DNA from: a bacterium
GTDB lineage: Bacteria; Electryoneota; JAOADG01
Reading direction: 5' to 3'
NCBI GenBank assembly: GCA_963681965.1
Contig: OY820579.1
Coordinates: forward strand, 2,592,001-2,656,000
Length of the DNA: 64,000 nt
In this document: one piece after another, positions 27,982 to 36,702 of the stretch
Layout of the letters: each line of letters starts with the position of its first letter
How positions within the stretch are numbered: the first letter of the stretch is position 1
Notes under the pieces: generated by a model
The model's database searches: none
What the model was told of the DNA's origin: nothing
Seen by the model: the letters and a program-made list of their open reading frames with translations, nothing else
Made by a program: the position numbers and the translations under genes

Positions 27982-29651
27982 AAAAAAGCATTTTAGGCGC
28001 TGCCCTCGGTAATTGTGTACATGTTGCAGGTTTGCATCACTTTTTGATGATTGCGGAATCCGAAGGTTATCAGACCAGTTCGCTGGGACCAGCAGTTTCC
28101 ATCGAGCGGTTGGTAAAAGCAATTCAGGATGTTCACCCAACCATCATCGCAGTCAGTTACCGTTTAACTCCCGAAGTCGCGGCGGAACTGTTCGAAACTT
28201 TACGTTCACGGCTAGAGAATCTAGGAATGCAATCGACACGAATGGTATTCGGTGGAACCGTACCGGTGTGCCTAATTGCTCAAAAGTCCGGGTTATTCGA
28301 ACGGGTTTTTGATGGCCATGATTCAGTAGAAAATATCAAAGCGTTTCTGCGTGGTGAAGTTGACAGGAGCGCAATTCAAAAACCAATGACAGATTTAATC
28401 GGTCGTATCGAGCAGAAATACCCGTATCCACTTTTGCGACACCACTACGGACGTCCGACCCTTGAAGAAACCATTGAAGGGGTCAAAACGATTGCTGAGG
28501 CCGGAGTACTGGACGTGATTTCGCTCGGCACCGATCAGAATGCACAGGAACATTTCTTTCGTTCGGAAGAGATGGATCATGCGCAGGATGGTGCGGGTGG
28601 CGTTCCGGTTCGGACATCCGAACAATTGAGAGAAATTTTCGTCGCTTCCCGATGTGGTAACTTTCCACTGATTCGTTGTTACAGCGGGACTCGAGATCTG
28701 ATTCCTTGGGCAGAGATGAGTGTGGATACAATCCATAACGCATGGGGTGCAATTCCGCTCTGCTGGTACTGTGTGATCGATGGCCGTTCTCAATTATCGC
28801 TCTACGATTCGATTCGCGAAAAGCAAGCAGCGATGCATTGGTACGCTGAGCGAAATATCCCGGTAGAAGTGAATGAATCACACCAGTGGAGTCTACGCGA
28901 TGCGCACGATTCGTTGGGGGTCGCAATGGCCTTTCTTGCGGCCTACAATGCGAAGAAAGCAGGCGTCAAGAACTATGTATCGCAATTTATGTTCAACACT
29001 CCACCCGGAACTTCGCCGGTCAATGATCTTGCCAAAATGCTCGCGAAAAAGGAGCTGATTGAGTCGCTTCACGATGATACATTTACTTCATATCGAGAAG
29101 TTCGAGCTGGTATTGCGCACTTTTCATCCAACCCATTTACAGCATCTGGTCAACTCGCTGCCTCGGCTGTGATCAGTCTAGCTTTGAAACCCCACATCCT
29201 GCACGTTGTTGGACATAGCGAAGGGCATCACGCCACAACCGCATCTGAACTGATTCAGAGTTGCAACATAATTCATGGTGTGTTGCAAAACTGTTTGCAT
29301 GGTTTGCCTGATATGACTTTTGACAAAGATGTCATCGCGAGACAGTATGAGTTAATATCAGAAGCGAAAACTTTATTATCAGCTATTAAGATGTTTGGGG
29401 CAGCAGTCAGTGATGATCCTTGGAGCGATGCGTGGGTGTTATCGAATGCTATCAAGAATGGTATTCTCGATGCGCCGCATTTTCGCGGGAATCCCGCACT
29501 CTGTGGTAAAATCATAACTAGGTGTATCAATGGCGGATGGTATGCCATCGACGAGAGTTCTGGAAATCCCATAACCGAGCAAAATAGACTAAAGTTAGTG
29601 CTTGATTCTACACTTGTGTTAAGTGCTAATCAGAATAATTCATCAATCTAA
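27978..29651 (+). CDS. Cobalamin-binding protein: N-terminal B12 Rossmann domain plus large putative TIM-barrel (mutase-like)
   Basis: GNCVHVAG (variant of DxHxxG), SYRL and FGG motifs of a base-off/His-on B12 domain; no CxxxCxxC motif. Confidence 0.8.
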   Translation: MKKSILGAALGNCVHVAGLHHFLMIAESEGYQTSSLGPAVSIERLVKAIQDVHPTIIAVSYRLTPEVAAELFETLRSRLENLGMQSTRMVFGGTVPVCLIAQKSGLFERVFDGHDSVENIKAFLRGEVDRSAIQKPMTDLIGRIEQKYPYPLLRHHYGRPTLEETIEGVKTIAEAGVLDVISLGTDQNAQEHFFRSEEMDHAQDGAGGVPVRTSEQLREIFVASRCGNFPLIRCYSGTRDLIPWAEMSVDTIHNAWGAIPLCWYCVIDGRSQLSLYDSIREKQAAMHWYAERNIPVEVNESHQWSLRDAHDSLGVAMAFLAAYNAKKAGVKNYVSQFMFNTPPGTSPVNDLAKMLAKKELIESLHDDTFTSYREVRAGIAHFSSNPFTASGQLAASAVISLALKPHILHVVGHSEGHHATTASELIQSCNIIHGVLQNCLHGLPDMTFDKDVIARQYELISEAKTLLSAIKMFGAAVSDDPWSDAWVLSNAIKNGILDAPHFRGNPALCGKIITRCINGGWYAIDESSGNPITEQNRLKLVLDSTLVLSANQNNSSI

Positions 29652-29666
29652 GTCAGGAGGACAATC

Positions 29667-31013
29667 GTGGCAGGCATCGCAGGAACATCCAAACCAAATG
29701 CCAACGACCTTGTCGGTAAAATGTTGCAACTGATGCATCATCGCGGTAGTGCTGGTAAGGAAGTAGTCGACGTGCAAAACTGTACGTTCGGAATCTGTTG
29801 GCCAAAATCGCAAATAAAGTTGGCACAAAAGTTACTGGACACCCATGTGCTTAGTGATGAGACTGCAAACGGGCACTCTGTTTCCGCAAACATTGTCGAC
29901 GGAAGGTTGATTCTAAAGAGAGACAAATTAGGTGTCGTTCCTTTATATTATGCCCATACTTCAGATGGATCACTTTGTTTTGCCTCTGAAGCGAAAGCGC
30001 TCTTTCCTTTCGCAAGAAACATAACTGAGTTACTTCCAGGAACGGAAACAGATGGCGATAAGGTCACTGAGTACTTCAGATTGACTCAATCACCGATTTT
30101 ACTGCACTCCGACATAGAGATCGCCCGTCTACTACGTACACGATTGGATCTGTCAGTCGTGCGGCGTATTCGCGGGTATGCAATGGGGTCATGGCTATCG
30201 GGTGGATTAGATTCCAGTGTGCTGGCGGCCTTGGCTAAGCAACATCTTCCCATATTGCATACCTTTGCTGCTGGAACCAAAGAAGCGTCCGATCTTTTGT
30301 TTGCCCGTGAGATGGCAAACCATATCGGGTCCATTCACCATGAACTAATTGTCGATCTAGATCAGATGACAAGTATTCTACCGAAAGTGATCTATCATCT
30401 AGAATCTTTCGATGCACTATTGGTGCGTTCCAGCATAATGAATTTTCTCGTTGCTCAACTTGCGTCCGAATATGTCGAAGAGGTGTTCTCTGGTGAAGGA
30501 GGTGACGAACTCTTTGGTGGATACGAGTATTTAAAAGAACTCCCACTTGATCAATTGCCAGCTGAACTTATCGACATCACTAGTCGTTTACATAATACTG
30601 CACTTCAACGAGTGGATCGCTCTGCATCAGCTCATGGAACCATCGCTCATACCGCTTTTCTTGATCCTGATGTAGTCGATTTTGCACTTCGAATTCCACC
30701 GGAGTTAAAAATACGCGATGGAATTGAAAAATGGATTCTGAGAGAGTCCATGAAAGACCTGCTACCTGAAAGCATTTACCGACGAAAGAAAGCGAAGTTC
30801 TGGGAAGGAGCAGGTGTCTCAGACATGATTGCAATGCATGTTGATTCAAACATCTCGAATCAAGATTTTCAACGGGAACGTACCTTACCAAATGGATGGT
30901 TACTCAACAGCAAAGAAGAGCTGATGTACTACCGGATTTTTGTTAGTCACTTTGGAGAACTGGAAGATCTTAATTGGATGGGAAGGACCAAAGGGGTTAA
31001 AGCAGATGTTTAA
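29667..31013 (+). CDS. Asparagine-synthetase-like ATP-dependent amide/lactam ligase with degenerate glutaminase domain
   Basis: MAGIAG instead of MCGI; HRG, RDKLGVVPLYY, FASEAK, LSGGLDSS, SGEGGDELFGGY, EKWILRE. Confidence 0.88.
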   Translation: MAGIAGTSKPNANDLVGKMLQLMHHRGSAGKEVVDVQNCTFGICWPKSQIKLAQKLLDTHVLSDETANGHSVSANIVDGRLILKRDKLGVVPLYYAHTSDGSLCFASEAKALFPFARNITELLPGTETDGDKVTEYFRLTQSPILLHSDIEIARLLRTRLDLSVVRRIRGYAMGSWLSGGLDSSVLAALAKQHLPILHTFAAGTKEASDLLFAREMANHIGSIHHELIVDLDQMTSILPKVIYHLESFDALLVRSSIMNFLVAQLASEYVEEVFSGEGGDELFGGYEYLKELPLDQLPAELIDITSRLHNTALQRVDRSASAHGTIAHTAFLDPDVVDFALRIPPELKIRDGIEKWILRESMKDLLPESIYRRKKAKFWEGAGVSDMIAMHVDSNISNQDFQRERTLPNGWLLNSKEELMYYRIFVSHFGELEDLNWMGRTKGVKADV

Positions 31014-31032
31014 CCATTTGGTGGAGTAAGCG

Positions 31033-31623
31033 ATGAATTTTCTGAGCCACGTAATCCATGATTTTCTTGTGCTCTTTGCAATGGTGAATGCTGTGGGAAA
31101 TCTTCCCATATTTGCGTTCCACACATCCGGAATGACCTCTTTCGAGCGGAACAAGGTGTTCCGGTTGGCAGTGATAACCGCCGGATCAATTGTGATTTCA
31201 TTTGCTCTCTTTGGTGACTGGATGTTAAGGAATGTCTTTGAAGTAAGCACCGCATCATTCAAGATTGCAGGTGGAATTCTTGTCTTCGCTGTTGCTGCAA
31301 AAGGAGTTATATCGCAAACAAGTAATGTTCCGCAGGATTCTGGTAAGTTCGAAAACGTAGCAGTGTTTCCATTGGCTTTTCCGTTTCTGGCAGGTCCCGG
31401 CACGATTGTCACGACCATACTTTTGTTTCAGACTGGTGGCTCACTTGTAACTGTTGGTGTTGCCGTACTGGTTTATTTATCAGTGATCCCTTTACTTCGC
31501 TTAGCACCATTGGTCGAAAAAGCAATCGGACAAGTTGGTGTAATGATTGTAGCTCGAATACTCTACATTTTCATCTGCGCGAAAGCAGTGAGTTTTGTGA
31601 TTACCGGAATCAAAGCAAGCTGA
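31033..31623 (+). CDS. MarC family membrane protein
   Basis: LFAMVNAVGNLPIF...G...L..F.VS..SFKIAGGILVF...AVFPLAFP.LAGPGTI.T. Confidence 0.92.
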   Translation: MNFLSHVIHDFLVLFAMVNAVGNLPIFAFHTSGMTSFERNKVFRLAVITAGSIVISFALFGDWMLRNVFEVSTASFKIAGGILVFAVAAKGVISQTSNVPQDSGKFENVAVFPLAFPFLAGPGTIVTTILLFQTGGSLVTVGVAVLVYLSVIPLLRLAPLVEKAIGQVGVMIVARILYIFICAKAVSFVITGIKAS

Positions 31624-31904
31624 CCTTGTTCTTTTACTGTTATGCACAACTGATAAACTGATGTACAAATCAAAAGTAGCAGGAAAGAACTCCGCATCCT
31701 TTGAATTGCTGATGGCAAAGTGAATTCTGAAAATGAAACTCTAGTTTAGTTCGTATCACATAGTTAGTAGGTGCGGTTTTGAACTTTTCGAGTGACAGCG
31801 ATCGGTCAATATCGTTTTAATTAAGAAATCCAGCGGCTTTTTATAATAAATGTCAATTGACTAAGTCGTATGATAAATACATTTATTGCACGGAAAGCGA
31901 AATC

Positions 31905-32011
31905 ATGAATAAGAAGCCATCGATGAATGAGAAAGTAAGATCGCTAATGGAATCATTAGCAAGCACTGAAGGCATGGTACGCGAGACAGCTAGGATATCG
32001 TTAGTAGCTCT
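31905..32011 (+). pseudogene. 5' fragment of a HEAT-repeat-like protein cut by IS3
   Basis: MNKKPSMNEKVRSLMESLASTEGMVRETARISLVAL then IS sequence. Confidence 0.5.
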
Positions 32012-32045
32012 TGATCTGCCCCCATTATTTGTACCAGTGTCTATG

Positions 32046-32921
32046 TCACACTGGTCTCATTCCTGCGTAGCGTAGCGGAGCAGGAATGAGTGGTAACTCT
32101 GTTTCCGGTGCCGGCGGCAGATAGCCCAAAGAGCTGTGCGGTCGAATCGTATTGTAATGGTGCCGCCATTGTTCGATAATCACCTTTGCTTCCAATATGG
32201 TATCAAAGATTTCACCCTTCAGCAACAGTTTCAACCGACAGTTAAAACTTTCGATGTATCCGTTTTCCCACGGGCTGCCAGGCGTAATAAACAAGGGTTG
32301 CACATCAACCCGGGGCAGCCACGCTAGTACCTCATTCGCCGTAAACTCAGGGCCATTGTCACTACGAACATGAATCGGTGTACCTCGTACTACAAACAGT
32401 TCTTCCAGTACGCAAAGAACATCATCCGCCTTGATCTTCCGGGCTACCAGGATCGCAAGGCATTCCCGGGTGTATTCGTCCATGATCGCAAAGATCTTGA
32501 ACGAACGACCATTCGACGTATGCCACGTGACAAAGTCGAAGCTCCAGACATGATCCGGATGTTCCGGACGTAGACGGATGCAGGAACCATCATTCAGCCA
32601 CAGTCTTCGACGCTTCTTCTGCTTCTTCGGGACCTTCAGTCCGGACTGTCGCCAGATCCGTTCCACCCGTTTGTGGTTTACCCGCCAGCCGATGTTACGG
32701 ATCATCGCCGTTACGATCCGGTAGCCATACCCGCCATACTGGCAAGCCAGAAATACCACCAGCGAGACCAACGGGCCTTCGTCGGCACGACGAAGCGGTG
32801 CATACCGGTGACTCGTTCGTGGTTCGCAAAGAACCGTACAGACCCGTCGTTCCGAGACCCGATCAATGCCCAGCGAATGGCGAACAGTAAGCGCAGTCTC
32901 GCGACGCTTCGCCGGGCACAC
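32046..32921 (-). CDS. IS3 transposase OrfB (DDE integrase core)
   Basis: YGYR, WSFDF, DEYTRE, SDNGPEF, PGSPWENGYIESFN, RPHSSLGY. Confidence 0.95.
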   Translation of the reverse strand: MCPAKRRETALTVRHSLGIDRVSERRVCTVLCEPRTSHRYAPLRRADEGPLVSLVVFLACQYGGYGYRIVTAMIRNIGWRVNHKRVERIWRQSGLKVPKKQKKRRRLWLNDGSCIRLRPEHPDHVWSFDFVTWHTSNGRSFKIFAIMDEYTRECLAILVARKIKADDVLCVLEELFVVRGTPIHVRSDNGPEFTANEVLAWLPRVDVQPLFITPGSPWENGYIESFNCRLKLLLKGEIFDTILEAKVIIEQWRHHYNTIRPHSSLGYLPPAPETELPLIPAPLRYAGMRPV

Positions 32922-33196
32922 TATTTTCCCTTGAGAGCCTCCTGCAGGATCTCTTTGTCCAAGGTCAGATCAGATACGACCTTCCGAAGACGGCCATTCT
33001 CGCGTTCCAGTTCCTTCAAACGCTTCGCCTGATCCAGCTTCAAACCACCGTATTCCTTGCGCCAGTGGTAGTAAGTATGTTCCTGGATGCCCAACTTCCG
33101 GCAAACTTCACGGACGCTCATCCCCTTCCCAATCTCAACTTCCGCTTCACGAAGCATCGGGATAATCTGCTCCGCAGTTCGCTTCACTCCACGCAT
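32921..33196 (-). CDS. IS3 transposase OrfA
   Basis: EQII.MLREAE...VCRKLGI...TYY.WRKEYGG...AKRLKELE.EN.RL. Confidence 0.95.
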   Translation of the reverse strand: MRGVKRTAEQIIPMLREAEVEIGKGMSVREVCRKLGIQEHTYYHWRKEYGGLKLDQAKRLKELERENGRLRKVVSDLTLDKEILQEALKGK

Positions 33197-33261
33197 GAAA
33201 ACCTCCCATAAAAGGTACTACTCTGACATAGAGAGTGGTACTACTTTCGGGGGCTAGATCA

Positions 33262-33612
33262 AGTCAAAGACCTTCCGAAATTGATCCGACAATATTATCT
33301 CAATGTGGAACAATTTTTGCGTTACGTTTGGCGAACGCTTCTGACCGCTCACATGTGACTGGAACCGTAAGTGACAATCTTGAAGGATTATTTAACATGT
33401 TACCAGCATTACGAACTGGTGAAGCAATTATTGTAGGGGAGTCAGTACATTTACCCTTACGTGCGTTAGTTGATGCACCAATTGAAAACCGCTTTCCAGA
33501 CAGTCACGATCCGCATGTCTACGATCCTAGTTCACGGAGTGGATGGAATCGACCCATGCAGGTGGAAGATTATGCGCGAGTTTTGAAGAATTGGAGAAAC
33601 GAGAAGCCGTAA
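33262..33612 (+). pseudogene. C-terminal fragment of a HerA/FtsK-like ATPase; 5' part lost at the IS boundary
   Basis: SQRPSEIDPTILSQCGTIFALRLAN.SDR..V...LP.LRTGEAIIVGE.V.LP. Confidence 0.85.
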
Positions 33613-33639
33613 AGTACATGCATTATAAGGAGGTCGTTG

Positions 33640-33849
33640 ATGGAAAGAATTCCGGTAAATTCGTCAATCATAGTAGACATTGGTTACGATCCAAACACTA
33701 TGACACTCGAGTTGAGTTTCACACAAGGTACTGTTTACCAATATTTCGATGTTCCGGAAGCACTCTACTCAGAATTACTGCGAGCAGACTCGAAGGGAAA
33801 ATATTTTCATGCAAATATAAAAGATGCCTATCGGTATGCAAAGTTATAA
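33640..33849 (+). CDS. KTSC domain protein
   Basis: MERIPVNSS.I..IGYD.....LE..F..G..YQYFDVP...Y..L..A.SKG.YF...IK. Confidence 0.92.
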   Translation: MERIPVNSSIIVDIGYDPNTMTLELSFTQGTVYQYFDVPEALYSELLRADSKGKYFHANIKDAYRYAKL

Positions 33850-33902
33850 AGGTCGCATCAGATGGAATACCACAAAACGTTTGTAGCTGAGGAGGAACTT
33901 CC

Positions 33903-35033
33903 GTGATCCGCTTCCTCCATACGAGTGACTGGCAGTTGGGGATGACCCGCCATTTTCTGTCCGAAGGTGCTCAGGAAAGATATACCCAAGCACGCTTTGA
34001 CGCTATTCGGACTATGGGGCGAATAGCTAAAAGTGAGGATTGCCAGTTTATGCTGGTATGTGGCGATGCATTCGAGTCGAACCAGGTGGACAGAAAAACG
34101 GTAGCCCGGGCTATGGAAGCAATTAAGGAAGTTTCAGTTCCTGTTTTCATCTTGCCGGGTAATCACGACCCGTTGAATGCTGCTTCTGTTTATCGTTCGA
34201 GCACCTTCATTGAGCGTAAGCCAGCAAATGTACAGATCATCGAGACCGCCTCACCAATCAAAATATCAGAAGATGTGGAGCTGGTGGGTGCACCTTGGAT
34301 GTCAAAGCGTCCGGTATTCAATCCCATCGAGGACGCGATCAACGCCCTTGAACCTACCAACAAAATCATTCGAATTTGCTTGGGTCACGGAGCAGTAGAC
34401 ACGCTATCACCAGATAGTGAATCCACAGCAATCATTTCGGTTACCATGCTCGAACGAGCCATCGGTGATGGGAAGATACACTTTGTAGCACTTGGCGACA
34501 GACACTCTTTGACTAACGTCGGCAGTGGCAACCGTATCTGGTATTCCGGGACACCCGAGTCTACAGATTTTCGTGAGATACAATCTGGTTACGCCAACAT
34601 AGTTGAGATAGACAACCATAGTGTGACCGCTAAGAGCGTCCAGATCGGTCAATGGCGGTTCATCGAACATGAACGGGTTGATCTTAATACAGCAGAGGAT
34701 GTAGAATCGATACGGAAGAAATTGGAGGAAATCGAGAAAAAGGAGCGCACTGTCGTTCGGTTGAACCTCGTCGGCTCGCTTTCGTTAACCGCAAATACAA
34801 TACTTCAGAATCACATATTCGCTGCAAAGGATATATTCGGTGCCTTCGATGTAAGCGATGAAACACTTTTAGTGCTACCGGACGACGCAGACTTTGCAAA
34901 CCTTGGATTTTCGGGCTTTGCTGATGAAACCGTAAAACGTCTTCGAAGCACGATTGCAGAAGGTGGAGATGAAAGTATTGTGGCGCGCGATGCCCTGATG
35001 CTTATGCTTAGGTTGGCAAGGGGGGCAGCATGA
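33903..35033 (+). CDS. SbcD/Mre11-like metallophosphoesterase nuclease
   Basis: FLHTSDWQLG, CGDAFE, LPGNHD, GHG, ALGDRH, YSGTPE. Confidence 0.92.
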   Translation: MIRFLHTSDWQLGMTRHFLSEGAQERYTQARFDAIRTMGRIAKSEDCQFMLVCGDAFESNQVDRKTVARAMEAIKEVSVPVFILPGNHDPLNAASVYRSSTFIERKPANVQIIETASPIKISEDVELVGAPWMSKRPVFNPIEDAINALEPTNKIIRICLGHGAVDTLSPDSESTAIISVTMLERAIGDGKIHFVALGDRHSLTNVGSGNRIWYSGTPESTDFREIQSGYANIVEIDNHSVTAKSVQIGQWRFIEHERVDLNTAEDVESIRKKLEEIEKKERTVVRLNLVGSLSLTANTILQNHIFAAKDIFGAFDVSDETLLVLPDDADFANLGFSGFADETVKRLRSTIAEGGDESIVARDALMLMLRLARGAA

Positions 35034-36302
35034 AATTCGTTCGCCTTCGAGTCTCCAATTACCGAGGTATAGATGCCGCTGAAGTAATGTTCGGACCGAA
35101 TGGTATTACTCTGATTCAGGGACCTAATGAAACTGGTAAAACCAGTCTGGGCGAGTCCATTGGGATTCTCTTCGAATATTTAGATTCAAGCAAGCATCGA
35201 AATATCGAAGCTATCAAACCGGTTCATCGAGATGAAGGTCCAGAGATTGAGTTACAGGCAGAGAGCGGCCCTTACAGCTTCACATTTACAAAGCGGTTCC
35301 TCAAACGACCAGAAACCAAACTCACTGTTACTAGCCCAAAACCAGAAAACTACACTGGACGCGAAGCGCACGAGCGCGCAGAATCTATCCTTCGCGAAAC
35401 CCTCGACATTGATCTCTGGAGAGCATTGACCATTCAACAGGGTGATGCAATCCATCAACCAGACCTCACGAAGCAGACATCTCTTTCGGTCGCACTCGAT
35501 AAAGCAGCCGGTGGGAATCCCGTCGATCCTCGGGATGAAGGACTATTCGACATAGTACATGAGGAGTACCTCCGATACTTTACTGAAAAGGGGAGCGAAC
35601 GGAAGGAACTAGCGGATTCCCGCAAGGCGCAGAAAGATTGCGAAGCAGAAGTTGTCCGTATCGTGCAGGCAATCCGATCCCTCGACCAAGACATTGACCG
35701 TGCGGCAGCTCTTCAGCGAGAATTGGATCAGCTAAAAAAACAAGAAGATGAATTTACAAAGGTGGTAGCAGCCCATTCAATTTCTCTTGAGGAAATTGCT
35801 GCGTTAGAGATTGCCCTTTCGACAGCTCGTTTGAAGCTTGAATCAGCACAAAAATCCGAGCAAGTCGCTCGCGGTGATAAGGATGTACGGCAAGGTCTCA
35901 TTAATTCGGTTTCAATTGGTGCAAAGGAGCATGGCGAGATCGTTGATTCCTGTGCTATGTCACTCACAGCATTGAACCAAGCCGATGGCAAACTCAAAGC
36001 AGCACAAAAGGCTTTCGACGAAAGTGACATTGCAAGAAAGGCTGCCGTTTGACTCATTAAGCGGTGGCACCAAAGAACAGCTTTCACTGATCTTCCGATC
36101 CGCCTGCTCGATGATCGTTGCCAACGATGGAGGAATGCCGCTCATTCTTGACGATGCTTTGGGTTATACTGACCCAGAACGGCTGCGTCTCATGGGTGCA
36201 GTTCTTGCTAAAGCAGCCAAGGAATGCCAGATTGTTATATTCACTTGCGTTCCAGACCGGTATAGCTATGTTGGAGAGGCTAAGGTCGTCTCAATAAGTT
36301 GA
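35030..36302 (+). pseudogene. SbcC/Rad50-like ATPase split by internal deletion/frameshift near 36040-36050
   Basis: N-part has Walker A GPNETGKTS and coiled coil and stops at 36052; C-part in another frame has LSGGTKEQL, ILDDALG and FTC. Confidence 0.85.
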
Positions 36303-36394
36303 AAACGCGTACTTACGAGTTCAGTGGTACGAATAGATGAAAAACTCAAAACTCAAAGTTCAACTAACTTTATGGGAATGAGTGGAAGGTACTC

Positions 36395-36580
36395 ATGAAG
36401 AATGTAAAACTGACATTGTCGCCAGACAAGAAATCGGTATCCATCGAAGTCGATTTGACCCAAGATTTTGGCAAATCTGCAAGTGGCAAAACCATCATTA
36501 TTGCCAGCACAGAGGGCAATGTAGTGATCGAGGGAACCAATCCTCCTGTAACTGTCGGGTTGAACATTTACAAGAAGTAA
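36395..36580 (+). CDS. Small conserved-looking hypothetical protein (61 aa)
   Basis: MKNV...IEVDL.QDFG.SASGKTIIIAST.GN.....VGLN.YKK; GGAAGG RBS. Confidence 0.7.
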   Translation: MKNVKLTLSPDKKSVSIEVDLTQDFGKSASGKTIIIASTEGNVVIEGTNPPVTVGLNIYKK

Positions 36581-36685
36581 TGGTCTTCACTTTAGATTCA
36601 GTCGTACTCATAACGTCGGAATTTGGTCAAAATGTTGTCCTTTATAATGTTCAGGAAACTAGTGCTGCCTATTGTATAAGAAGTA

Positions 36686-36702
36686 TTTGACACATTGTCA
36701 AA
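36686..36702 (+). promoter_or_regulatory. Perfect palindrome TTTGACA-cat-TGTCAAA upstream of old
   Basis: Intergenic; contains a consensus -35 TTGACA. Confidence 0.4.

Larger units (their letters stand above)
32012..33261 (-). mobile_element. IS3-family element (IS407-like), copy 1, 1250 bp
   Basis: TG...CA ends with imperfect IRs TGATCTGCCCCC..GTACCA / TGATCTAGCCCCC..GTACCA; orfA plus orfB; no target-site duplication. Confidence 0.95.

Noticed and set aside
27978-29651. Methionine synthase or B12 radical-SAM enzyme
   Set aside because: No homocysteine, pterin or activation domain motifs and no CxxxCxxC
33235-33261. IS-derived GTG start giving a functional HerA fusion
   Set aside because: The product would lack Walker A and B; treated as a pseudogene
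36050-36052. TGA read-through or programmed frameshift restoring Rad50
   Set aside because: The C-terminal motifs are in another frame, no slippery site is evident, and the coiled coil would still be incomplete
6315-36060. Shared motif at deletion junctions (GATGTCGTTGTGAC versus GCTGCCGTTTGAC)
   Set aside because: Short, needs a gap, and is absent at the other junctions; compatible with chance
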